From positions 1-29,585 of IMG/VR virus record IMGVR_UViG_3300020363_000067: a DNA stretch of 29,585 nucleotides. One strand, written 5' to 3'. This stretch comes from a virus. Taxonomy: Duplodnaviria; Caudoviricetes. This document shows positions 18,357 to 26,848 of this stretch, piece by piece. The notes below the pieces were generated by a model. That model did not search any database. It worked only from the letters and a program-made list of their open reading frames with translations, and was not told the origin of the DNA. The translations under genes and the position numbers were made by a program. The first letter of the stretch is position 1; the number at the start of each line of letters is the position of its first letter.

Positions 18357-19319
18357 ATGGCAAATAAAAAATTTAATCTGGCGCAACCACAACCTGATTT
18401 TTCAGCAGGAACGCCAACGTATGCAGGACAATGGGCAGGTGAATATATTGCCGCCGCTTTGTTTTCTGGTGTGACACTTGATAATGGTGGAATTACAGTA
18501 AAACCAAATATTAAGTACAAACAAACAATTTCAACTTTCACAAACACAGATTCAATTCGTGGTGCATCATGTGATTACCAAGACACTGCGGACATAACGC
18601 TTGGTGAAAGAGTTCTCGAACCACTTCCATTCCAACAAAACATGACTTTGTGTAAAAAACAATTTCAAGATGATTGGGGTGCGGTTTCAATGGGATATTC
18701 AGCATTTGACAACCTTCCACCAAAATTCAGTGACTTTTTAATTGCACATGCAAGTTCAGAAGTTTCACAATTTATTGAAGAAAAAATTTGGAATGGTGGA
18801 ATTGGTGCAGATTCTTTTGAAGGACTTGTTCCACAACTTCAAGCGGCAGGTTCTGGTGCAGTTGCAGTTGCAAAAACAGGTGCAATTGATTCAGCAAATG
18901 TGATTGAAAATCTTGGAAATTTAGTCGATGGAATTCCTGCATCAGTATATGGAAAAGAAGACCTTCACCTTTACCTTTCACAAAACATTGCGAGAGCATA
19001 TGTTCGTGCATTAGGTGGATTTGCAGCGGCAGGACTTGGTGCAAATGGTGTTGACAATAAAGGAACAATGTGGTTCAACAATGGTTCATTATCATTTGAT
19101 GGTGTGAAGATATTTGTGACCAATGGTCTTCCAACTGACACTGCGGTTGCATCGCAAAAATCAAATCTTTATTTCGGTACAGGTTTACTTAATGACACAA
19201 ATGTCGTTAAGGTTATAGACATGGCGGATATCGATGGTTCACAACAGGTTAGGGTTGTAATGCGTTTTACGGCAGGTGTGACATATGGAATCGGTTCTGA
19301 TATAGCGGTTTTATCATAA
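18357..19319 (+). CDS. major capsid protein
   Basis: 320 aa after protease and scaffold; IWNG...FEGL pattern typical of HK97-fold capsid proteins; followed by a terminator. Confidence 0.85.
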   Translation: MANKKFNLAQPQPDFSAGTPTYAGQWAGEYIAAALFSGVTLDNGGITVKPNIKYKQTISTFTNTDSIRGASCDYQDTADITLGERVLEPLPFQQNMTLCKKQFQDDWGAVSMGYSAFDNLPPKFSDFLIAHASSEVSQFIEEKIWNGGIGADSFEGLVPQLQAAGSGAVAVAKTGAIDSANVIENLGNLVDGIPASVYGKEDLHLYLSQNIARAYVRALGGFAAAGLGANGVDNKGTMWFNNGSLSFDGVKIFVTNGLPTDTAVASQKSNLYFGTGLLNDTNVVKVIDMADIDGSQQVRVVMRFTAGVTYGIGSDIAVLS

Positions 19320-19347
19320 GGAAAAATTAATATTAATCAAATAAATT

Positions 19348-19383
19348 GGGAAGGTTGATTTTTCTTCCTTCCCTTTTTTTTTT
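19348..19383 (+). terminator. intrinsic terminator after capsid gene
   Basis: GGGAAGG-N12-CCTTCCC followed by T10. Confidence 0.85.
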
Positions 19384-19397
19384 AAACACAAAAAGAT

Positions 19398-19937
19398 ATG
19401 AGTACATGTTTAATCACAGAAGGTCGAATTGAACCTTGTAAAGATTCAGTTGGTGGATTGACGAAAGTTTATTTTGCCAATTTTGGAACACTTGGTGCGA
19501 TTACATATACAAATCCGGGTTCATCTGCACAAATCACAAGTTTTGCAAGTGGAACTGTTTTTGAATATGATTTAAAAGGCACAAGTTCTTTTGACCAAAC
19601 CATTACATCATCACGAGATAATGGAACAACATTTTATGACCAACTTTTGAATTTAACATTTCACAAATTGGATTATGAAACAAATGACCAGATTGCATTA
19701 ATTGCGACTGCAAGACCACATGCAATTGTGGAAGACAACAATGGAAACCTGTTTGTTGCAGGTTTGGAATACGGAATGGATTGCAATGGCGGGACAATCG
19801 TAACAGGAGCGGCAATGGGTGACTTGAGCGGTTATACTTTAACAATGCAAGGAATGGAAAAACTTCCTGCAAACTTTATTGCAGGGGATATTGCATCAAC
19901 AGGTTTAACAGTAAGTTCAGACCAAATTGAACCATAA
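19398..19937 (+). CDS. major tail tube protein
   Basis: 179 aa, beta-rich; C...GR...CKDSVGG, NGT.FY.Q.L.L and D..GYTLT..G.E..PA motifs; flanked by terminators as expected for an abundant protein. Confidence 0.7.
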   Translation: MSTCLITEGRIEPCKDSVGGLTKVYFANFGTLGAITYTNPGSSAQITSFASGTVFEYDLKGTSSFDQTITSSRDNGTTFYDQLLNLTFHKLDYETNDQIALIATARPHAIVEDNNGNLFVAGLEYGMDCNGGTIVTGAAMGDLSGYTLTMQGMEKLPANFIAGDIASTGLTVSSDQIEP

Positions 19938-19963
19938 TAAATTTAGTTTAGTTTTTTGAAAAG

Positions 19964-19992
19964 AAGGGCATCCAATGGGTGTCTTTTTTTTT
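19964..19992 (+). terminator. intrinsic terminator after tail tube gene
   Basis: AAGGGCATCC-AAT-GGGTGTCTTT followed by a T run. Confidence 0.85.
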
Positions 19993-20019
19993 GCACTTCA
20001 AACATGTTTAATTAATTGT

Positions 20020-20028
20020 TCGTTATAT
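20020..20028 (+). promoter_or_regulatory. putative late promoter TCGTTATAT (copy 5)
   Basis: Between the terminator and ATG 20044. Confidence 0.7.
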
Positions 20029-20043
20029 TATAAAAGACACTAA

Positions 20044-20412
20044 ATGAAGATAGTTGAACCAACAGGGGATTCCATTTTGAAGTTGATATTCAGACCACAC
20101 ACAAGTTCTGCATCTTATAAATTAGAAATAAGAAGCAAATCAACAAATGTGGTCACAACATTAGATATCACACCAACTGCAAATGAAAATTATTACAATG
20201 TGGATTTGACTGATGCAAATAAATCTACTGCAAAATTAGTTGATGGAAATTATTATGAAATTACTGTTTATGATGCAACCAATCTTTTAACAAGGGAAAC
20301 ATTGTTTTGCACATCACAAACAATTAATCAAACAACAAATGACATTTATAATGCAAATGAAGGATTATATAAAGAAGTCATTAGTGAAAACAAATATATA
20401 ATATTAGAATAA
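20044..20412 (+). CDS. structural protein (possible head closure)
   Basis: 122 aa beta-rich ORF whose stop overlaps the portal start. Confidence 0.45.
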   Translation: MKIVEPTGDSILKLIFRPHTSSASYKLEIRSKSTNVVTTLDITPTANENYYNVDLTDANKSTAKLVDGNYYEITVYDATNLLTRETLFCTSQTINQTTNDIYNANEGLYKEVISENKYIILE

Positions 20413-22268
20413 TGTCAAAAATAAAAATATTAAATTTATCTGGTTACACATCACCTGTAATTGAAACAGTCAAAGGGGAAGATTATGTGACATACGGTGC
20501 AAACAATTCATATTTTCAATATTTAATTGACAGGTTCACAGGTTCACCAACAAATAATGCACTTGTGAATGGAATCAGTCAAATGGTATATGGAAAAGGG
20601 GTTGATGCCACAGATTCAGCAGATAAACCAAATGAATTTGCAAACATGAAGTCCTTGTTTACAGATGATTGTGTCAGAAAATTGGCATATGATCTTAAAC
20701 TGATGGGACAGTGTGCAATCCAAGTTGCATATAATAAAGAAAGAAGAATTGTTGAAGTTGGACATATTCCTGTTGAAACATTGGCAATGGAACAATGTGA
20801 CAAAGAAGATGGGGAAATAAAAGGATTTTATTATTGTGGTGATTGGGCGACTAAAAAACCCAATGATGAATTGAAAAGAATTCCTGCATTTGGGACATCA
20901 AAGGAAACAGTCGAGATTCTTTATGTCAGACCATATGTTGCAGGACATTATTATTTCAGTCCTGTTGATTATCAAGGTGGTTTGCAATATGCAGAACTTG
21001 AAGAAGAAATTTCAAATTATCATATCAACAATGTTCAAAATGGTCTTGCGCCTTCAATGTTAATTAATTTTTCAAATGGTGTTCCAAATGAAGAAGAAAG
21101 GTCAAACATTGAAAATGCTATTCAGCAAAAATTCACAGGAAGTTCCAATGCAGGTCGTTTTATTTTAAGTTTTAACGAGAATGCAGAAAGTGCGAGTACA
21201 ATTGAACCTGTGCAATTAAGTGATGCACACAATCAATATCAATTCCTTTCCGATGAATCAATGAAAAAAATTCTTGTTGCACACAGATGTGTGTCACCAA
21301 TGTTGTTGGGAATAAAAGACAACACAGGGTTGGGGAACAACGCAGATGAATTGAAAACTGCATCAACTTTAATGGATAACATTGTAATACGACCGATTCA
21401 AGACCTTTTGTTGAATGCAATGGACACAATCCTTGCATGTAATGGAATCGCCTTGGATTTGTACTTTAAAACGCTTCAACCACTTGAATTTGCAGATTTA
21501 CAGAATGCACAAAGTGGTGAACAAATAGAAAAGGAAACAGGGGAAAAACAGGAAGATGATGAAACCACAATAAATGAAGTTGAATTTGATAAACACAATC
21601 ATGACCACATCCAACTTTCAGAAGAAGAACAGGATGATTTATTTGTTGAATTAAACAAAGCAGGAACAATTGGTTTGGAAGGATATGAATTTGTTGCAGA
21701 AATGGATGAAGACACAGACATTTCCAATGAAGATTGGGCGAATTATTTAATTAAAGAAAAACCAACAACATTAAACAAACTGAAAAAGGCAATTGGATTA
21801 AATGAACAATATGTTGATTCCAGAAGAAACGGTTCTGAATGGTCAAGTTTAGATTCAAAAAATGGTCTTTATAAAATAAGATATAAATATGCAAGGGGAA
21901 TGTCTGGTTCTGGTAAATCAAGAACATTTTGCAGAAACATGATGAACATGTCAAGGGCAGGAATTGTGTGGCGAATTGAAGACATTGAAAGGGCATCTTG
22001 GAAGGACAATGTAAATGTGGAATTTAGACACAAACCATCAATCAGATATAACATTTTTGAATTAAAGGGCGGTGTTTACTGTCAACATAAATGGGTGCGT
22101 GTTCTTTATAGATTGGCATCCAACACAGAAGTGTCCAAAAATCTTGGAAACTACAATAAAACAAAAACAATTCCTTCATCTTATTTAAAAAATCCGCGTG
22201 GTTCTGCAAAGGCAAAAATTGCGACAGACAGACAAAAAGGAAGGGGACAATGGAATCCAAAAAAATAA
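20412..22268 (+). CDS. portal protein with C-terminal extension
   Basis: N-terminal ~360 aa: YG.NN.Y..YLID....SPT..A, NG..PS..I, F.GS.NAG and AH...SP.LLG, which is portal-like. An acidic linker and a basic Cys-containing domain (SRTFC...GGVYCQHKW) follow. Confidence 0.8.
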   Translation: MSKIKILNLSGYTSPVIETVKGEDYVTYGANNSYFQYLIDRFTGSPTNNALVNGISQMVYGKGVDATDSADKPNEFANMKSLFTDDCVRKLAYDLKLMGQCAIQVAYNKERRIVEVGHIPVETLAMEQCDKEDGEIKGFYYCGDWATKKPNDELKRIPAFGTSKETVEILYVRPYVAGHYYFSPVDYQGGLQYAELEEEISNYHINNVQNGLAPSMLINFSNGVPNEEERSNIENAIQQKFTGSSNAGRFILSFNENAESASTIEPVQLSDAHNQYQFLSDESMKKILVAHRCVSPMLLGIKDNTGLGNNADELKTASTLMDNIVIRPIQDLLLNAMDTILACNGIALDLYFKTLQPLEFADLQNAQSGEQIEKETGEKQEDDETTINEVEFDKHNHDHIQLSEEEQDDLFVELNKAGTIGLEGYEFVAEMDEDTDISNEDWANYLIKEKPTTLNKLKKAIGLNEQYVDSRRNGSEWSSLDSKNGLYKIRYKYARGMSGSGKSRTFCRNMMNMSRAGIVWRIEDIERASWKDNVNVEFRHKPSIRYNIFELKGGVYCQHKWVRVLYRLASNTEVSKNLGNYNKTKTIPSSYLKNPRGSAKAKIATDRQKGRGQWNPKK

Positions 22269-22279
22269 CAAATTAAAAT

Positions 22280-22780
22280 ATGGCAACCGCACTTTTTATA
22301 TCAAGGGAAGATTTAACAAGAAACACAATTGTTTCTGGTTCAGTGGACACCCAAAAATTTATTCAATTTATTCGTATTGCACAACAGATTCATTTGCAGA
22401 ATTATTTGGGGACATCCTTATATGATGCAATTAGTGATAAAATCACCACCAACACCTTAACAGGCGATTATTTGTTTCTTGTGGATCACTATTTAAAAGA
22501 CATGTTGATTCATTATGCAATGGTGGATTATCTTCCATTCGCATCATATACAATTGCCAATGGTGGTGTGATGAAGCACAGAAGTGAAAATGCAGAAACT
22601 GTTCCATCAACAGAAGTTGACACAATGATTTCCAGACACAGACAATTTGCACAATTTTACACAAGAAGATTTTTGGATTACATGTGTTATAATTCAAACT
22701 TATATCCAGAATACAACAATAATGATGCAGATGGAATGTGGCCGGATTACAGTGCAGATTTCACAGGTTGGGTTTTATGA
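22280..22780 (+). CDS. putative head-tail adaptor protein
   Basis: 166 aa helical protein directly after the portal; I..AQ...L..YLGT.LY motif. Confidence 0.55.
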   Translation: MATALFISREDLTRNTIVSGSVDTQKFIQFIRIAQQIHLQNYLGTSLYDAISDKITTNTLTGDYLFLVDHYLKDMLIHYAMVDYLPFASYTIANGGVMKHRSENAETVPSTEVDTMISRHRQFAQFYTRRFLDYMCYNSNLYPEYNNNDADGMWPDYSADFTGWVL

Positions 22781-22935
22781 TGGGACACTTTGGAAATAAT
22801 GCAATTGAAATGACAAAAAAAAGAAATTCAAAACCTAAACAAATAAATGTAAGGTTATTAAAACAATTTTTAAATAAATTAAAAAATGGATTGGACAACA
22901 ACAATAACAATGGAAAATGTCAAAATAATATATAA
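22777..22935 (+). CDS. small basic hypothetical protein
   Basis: Part of ORF-track 22738-22935; start at 22777 (ATGA overlap) or 22810; KPKQINVRLLKQFL core. Confidence 0.45.
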   Translation: MMGHFGNNAIEMTKKRNSKPKQINVRLLKQFLNKLKNGLDNNNNNGKCQNNI

Positions 22936-22937
22936 TT

Positions 22938-23063
22938 ATGGATAGTTCTGCAAATATTTATGATGTGACTTGGTTTGGTTGTGGTGAAATTAACAACACA
23001 ATTAATTGGGGAACAATTTATTCTTGGTATTCATCAACAACATCAGCAACACAAAACTGTTAA
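22938..23063 (+). CDS. small Trp-rich protein (41 aa)
   Basis: Hand-translated MDSSANIYDVTWFGCGEINNTINWGTIYSW...; fills the gap before the fibre gene. Confidence 0.6.
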   Translation: MDSSANIYDVTWFGCGEINNTINWGTIYSWYSSTTSATQNC

Positions 23064-23066
23064 TCA

Positions 23067-24971
23067 ATGGCAAAATTAAGTTGGAAAAAAGCATTAATTG
23101 AGAAGGCACACACATTTATGGATTATGTGGTTGGGTGGCGTGGATTTTACACAACTGAAAATGTTGCAACAAAACAAGCATCAAACACTTGGGTTGTTCC
23201 ACAAAAGTTGACAGAAGTTCCACAACAAACCCAAACAGGATATTTTGATTCGTGGTACAATTTACCATATATGGTTGGGTTTTCAAGTTCAGATTTAAGA
23301 TATCGTTATCCTGCAAACAATCAAGGTTATCAATTTTTAAAAAATTATAATGAAGGACAACAACAATCAAATCAAGTCATTAAAGTAGATTACAGGAACA
23401 ATGTTGCAATGAAATGGGGGGAAACAAATGCAGGTGTTGGTGTCACAGGAACATTTCGAAATTATGCACACATGACACAAAATCTTTTGCAAAATGATGG
23501 AAATGGTGATACATATTGGCGAATTTTATATAGTTCAAACACATCTTCATATGACATCAAACCTTATTGTGATGATGGTTCTTCCAATGTTTGGCAGGAA
23601 GTTTTGACAAATGTAAACACACTAAGAACACCATTTGTTCAAGGTTTACAAGGTTCTTGGGGAAACGATTTTAAAAATAATACTGTTGTTCAAAATTATT
23701 ATCTTCAAAGAATTGGAAGGGTGTTTGATAAATATTCAGATTCTCGTGACAGAACACAAGTAATATCATTTTATGTCTGGACAGGTTTTTTAAATGAAGA
23801 ATGGATTAGAAAAAGTCAACCAACAGTTGAAACAATAACGCCTTGTGGTGGAACACAGACAAAAACATTAAGAAATGATGTGTCAAGGTTGACCATTCCA
23901 AATTTAGTTTTATGGTTTCAAAACACAAATGAAAAATCATTGACAACTTGGTATGCAAATGATATTGATTATAATAGAACATGTTTGACATTAAATTTAT
24001 TAAATAGGTCACACACTGTTGCATATGAATCAAATGATGGTGACACAATATCAAATGCAGAATTTATTGACAATGTTCAATTTGAAACATGTCCATATGA
24101 TTATGTGAGAATAAAAATATTTTTAAGACCAAATCCAAAAAATGAAACAACAACATCAACAGGGTTTTCATTTGGAAGATATACAAAAATGGAAATTTAC
24201 AGTGGTGAATTACAAGCAAATGCAAAAGATATTCTTGATTATTCAATACAATATAATTTAAATTATCCTTCCAGATATTATAATCAAAATACAATATTCA
24301 CAATTTATGGTTTGATGCATGAATTGTCAAATTATCAATTTGGAAAATATGGTGATTATACAACAGGTGATTATATAGAAAACAAAACTTTTGGTTCAGT
24401 TGGCGTTGGATTTACACAATTTAGATTACCAAACAATTACACAGTTCAAAATGGTGATTCCTACAAAGATTTAACAAAAAGATGCAACACATTTTATTTC
24501 AAAATAAATGTTGATTCAACAAATGCAACACCTTCCCAAAATTTAGGTGGATGGCAAACAGGCGGAACAAACTTTGCCTTTTTTAGGTCACAAAAAAACA
24601 CAATCACAACACTTGCATCAAACACATTCAGTTTCACTTCAATGGGAATTTGGCGTGACCATTCAAATGATATACAACAAAATAGATATTATTTAAAACT
24701 TGATTCTTCTTATTATCCAAGCACAATTGAAACAGGAATTGAAGGCAAAGATTATGTTTTATTAAATCAAGGCATTAATGCAGTTGCATTTAATTCTGAA
24801 AATGGGAACATTGTTGTTAATGGGAAGGAATATGTTGCCGATTTATACATTGCAAATGTAATGGATTATTGGCAATTTAACGGAAAAAGAACGGATTACA
24901 TTTTAGAATATGGACTTTGGGAAGAAAATCTTAATGCAGATATTTTAAAACAATTAACAAATGTAAAATGA
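23067..24971 (+). CDS. putative tail fibre / receptor-binding protein
   Basis: 634 aa rich in Asn/Thr/Tyr/Gly with beta character; last large structural gene before lysis. Confidence 0.55.
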   Translation: MAKLSWKKALIEKAHTFMDYVVGWRGFYTTENVATKQASNTWVVPQKLTEVPQQTQTGYFDSWYNLPYMVGFSSSDLRYRYPANNQGYQFLKNYNEGQQQSNQVIKVDYRNNVAMKWGETNAGVGVTGTFRNYAHMTQNLLQNDGNGDTYWRILYSSNTSSYDIKPYCDDGSSNVWQEVLTNVNTLRTPFVQGLQGSWGNDFKNNTVVQNYYLQRIGRVFDKYSDSRDRTQVISFYVWTGFLNEEWIRKSQPTVETITPCGGTQTKTLRNDVSRLTIPNLVLWFQNTNEKSLTTWYANDIDYNRTCLTLNLLNRSHTVAYESNDGDTISNAEFIDNVQFETCPYDYVRIKIFLRPNPKNETTTSTGFSFGRYTKMEIYSGELQANAKDILDYSIQYNLNYPSRYYNQNTIFTIYGLMHELSNYQFGKYGDYTTGDYIENKTFGSVGVGFTQFRLPNNYTVQNGDSYKDLTKRCNTFYFKINVDSTNATPSQNLGGWQTGGTNFAFFRSQKNTITTLASNTFSFTSMGIWRDHSNDIQQNRYYLKLDSSYYPSTIETGIEGKDYVLLNQGINAVAFNSENGNIVVNGKEYVADLYIANVMDYWQFNGKRTDYILEYGLWEENLNADILKQLTNVK

Positions 24972-25225
24972 AAATAGGAAATATAAATTGGTATAAATAT
25001 GAATTTGATTCAATTATTGAATATCAGAATTTGATTGCACAAATTGACAATGATGTTGTTTGGGAATCAGCAGGGGAAGTGATAATAAATGGAAAATATG
25101 CCATTGACATTCTTTGGCATGATGTTGATCAACCAGATGAATGGAAAATTTATATTGTCAATCCACCTTCAGATGATTATTTTAATCACACAAATGGTTG
25201 GGATTGGCAACCAGAAACAACATAA
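24968..25225 (+). CDS. putative tail fibre assembly/chaperone protein
   Basis: 85 aa acidic, Trp-rich (KYEF...YAIDILW...W); ATGA overlap with the fibre gene. Confidence 0.45.
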   Translation: MKIGNINWYKYEFDSIIEYQNLIAQIDNDVVWESAGEVIINGKYAIDILWHDVDQPDEWKIYIVNPPSDDYFNHTNGWDWQPETT

Positions 25226-25226
25226 A

Positions 25227-25385
25227 ATGAAAATGGAAGATTTTAAATTGATGATTTTAAACACAGGAAGTTTTGCTATTTCCATGACAGACATTGATGT
25301 AATTTTAAAAATAATATTATTATCAGTGTCAATTGGTTACACTGCACAAAAATGGTATTTAATAAATAAAAAGAAAAAACAATGA
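25227..25385 (+). CDS. putative small holin (52 aa, Met-Lys-Met start)
   Basis: MKMEDFKLMILNTGSFAISMTDIDVILKIILLSVSIGYTAQKWYLINKKKKQ: hydrophobic segments and a basic tail, upstream of the endolysin. Confidence 0.6.
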   Translation: MKMEDFKLMILNTGSFAISMTDIDVILKIILLSVSIGYTAQKWYLINKKKKQ

Positions 25386-25516
25386 AATATATAATTAATG
25401 GTTTACGATGGTTAGCAAACAAACTTGAAAACATCAAGTGTGCAATTCATTTTAAATGGAATGCATTATTGGAAAAATTAAAAACAAATTGTATATGCGA
25501 AAAATCAGGAAAATAA
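25382..25516 (+). CDS. small hypothetical protein (44 aa)
   Basis: Hand-translated MKYIINGLRWLANKLENIKC...CICEKSGK*; ATGA overlap with the holin. Confidence 0.5.
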   Translation: MKYIINGLRWLANKLENIKCAIHFKWNALLEKLKTNCICEKSGK

Positions 25517-25944
25517 TAATTCACTGTTCTGCAACACAGGAAGGAAAAGACATTGATGCCAAAGAAATAAAAAGGTGGCATGTAGAAAAAAGGGGATGGT
25601 CCGATATAGGTTACCATTATGTCATAAAACTTGATGGAACTGTGGAAGAAGGAAGACCAATTGAAAGGTCTGGTGCGCACACATTAAACCACAACCACAC
25701 ATCCATTGGTGTTTGTTATATTGGGGGGGTAGAAAAAAAGAAAAAGAAAGTTGGTGACAAAATGAAATGGATTCCAAAAGACACAAGAACCAAAAAACAA
25801 AAAGATTCTTTACAAGACCTTCTTCTGCAAATAAAATGTGATTTTCCAAATGCATCTGTGCATGGTCACAATGAATTTTCTTCAAAAAGTTGTCCTTGTT
25901 TTGATGCACACAGTGAATATGCGTGGATTAGTAATTTAAAATAA
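25495..25944 (+). CDS. endolysin, N-acetylmuramoyl-L-alanine amidase (Amidase_2, T7 lysozyme-like)
   Basis: IIIHCSAT, WH..RGWSDIGYHY, GAH...N..SIGVCYIGG and GH.....K.CP.F zinc-amidase motifs. ATG 25495 preferred. Confidence 0.95.
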   Translation: MRKIRKIIIHCSATQEGKDIDAKEIKRWHVEKRGWSDIGYHYVIKLDGTVEEGRPIERSGAHTLNHNHTSIGVCYIGGVEKKKKKVGDKMKWIPKDTRTKKQKDSLQDLLLQIKCDFPNASVHGHNEFSSKSCPCFDAHSEYAWISNLK

Positions 25945-25962
25945 AATTCGTAAATTTATATT

Positions 25963-26100
25963 ATGCCAATACCAAAACCAACAGGAAATGAATCCAAAAG
26001 TCAATTTTTAAACAAATGCATGAACAGTGATGTCATGAAAAAGGAATACACACCACCACAAAGGATTGCAATTTGTTATGACCAATGGACAAAAAAATAA
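25963..26100 (+). CDS. small hypothetical protein (45 aa)
   Basis: Hand-translated MPIPKPTGNESKSQFLNKCM...EY...QRIAICYDQW; preceded by TCGTAAATT, a variant of the late motif. Confidence 0.7.
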   Translation: MPIPKPTGNESKSQFLNKCMNSDVMKKEYTPPQRIAICYDQWTKK

Positions 26101-26103
26101 TAT

Positions 26104-26247
26104 ATGGAAACAATAAAACACTTTTTTGGATTGTGTGGTGAACCACATTTAAACATTTACACAGTGATTCTTTTATTAATATGTATAAAAGCATTTACAG
26201 GCGTTTTAAAGCACTTAAAAAATGAAGTCATCCACAAACATATATAA
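26104..26247 (+). CDS. small membrane protein (47 aa)
   Basis: Hand-translated METIKHFFGLCGEPHLNIYTVILLLICIKAFTGVLK...; one TM segment. Confidence 0.55.
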   Translation: METIKHFFGLCGEPHLNIYTVILLLICIKAFTGVLKHLKNEVIHKHI

Positions 26248-26350
26248 AAGTAAATCAAGAAAAAGAAAGGGTGTGCATTGCAAAACAAAGGCATCCAAAT
26301 GCAAAAGTTCAAAGAATTATTTAAAAAGATATAAAGGACAGGGAAAATGA
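26222..26350 (+). CDS. small highly basic protein (42 aa)
   Basis: Hand-translated MKSSTNIYKSKSRKRKGVHCKTKASKCKSSKNYLKRYKGQGK*; ATGA overlap with the next gene. Confidence 0.6.
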   Translation: MKSSTNIYKSKSRKRKGVHCKTKASKCKSSKNYLKRYKGQGK

Positions 26351-26739
26351 AAAAAATATTGGAATTTTTTGGTTCAAATGTGTTTAAATCTGTTAGTGAT
26401 TTAATTGACAATTTATTTACTAATGATGAAGAAAGAATTGATGCAAAAAGAAGAATTTTCCAAGTTTTAAAAGAAAAAGAACTTGAACTTCAAAAACTAC
26501 AAACAGACATAATTCTTGCAGAAGCAAAAGGGAATTGGTTGCAAAGATCTTGGCGTCCCATTTTAATGTTGGCGTTTGGATTTATTGTCATTTATGTCAA
26601 ATTTATTGCACCACTTTTTGATTTCAGAATTCCAGAACTTGAAAATGAATTTTGGAATCTTCTGCAATTGGGAATTGGTGGTTATGTTATAGGAAGAACA
26701 GGTGAAAAAATGATGAAGGAATATGTAAATAAAAAATAA
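26347..26739 (+). CDS. holin-like membrane protein (GTA 3TM holin family)
   Basis: ID..FT..EE, AE...WL..SWRP followed by TM segments and LG.GGY..GR..EK. Confidence 0.75.
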   Translation: MKKILEFFGSNVFKSVSDLIDNLFTNDEERIDAKRRIFQVLKEKELELQKLQTDIILAEAKGNWLQRSWRPILMLAFGFIVIYVKFIAPLFDFRIPELENEFWNLLQLGIGGYVIGRTGEKMMKEYVNKK

Positions 26740-26848
26740 TGTTTTTATTATATAATATTTTAATATATAATATAAACAATAAATTTATATATATAATATA
26801 ATATAATAATTGTATTATATAATAAAAGAAAAAATTCATTTTTTTATT
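26740..26848. repeat. near-pure A/T tract with ATATAAT repeats; candidate replication origin
   Basis: About 110 nt with only a handful of G/C; ATATAAT at about 26750, 26765, 26791, 26796, 26801 and 26817; precedes the replication genes. Confidence 0.45.

Noticed and set aside
22886-22945. Micro-ORF MDWTTTITMENVKIIYNYG and ACA/AAC repeats
   Set aside because: Only 19 aa and overlapping two other ORFs; cannot be supported without conservation data.
23067-24971. Possible diversity-generating retroelement target in the tail fibre
   Set aside because: No reverse transcriptase gene and no template-repeat copy of the fibre 3' end were found by eye.
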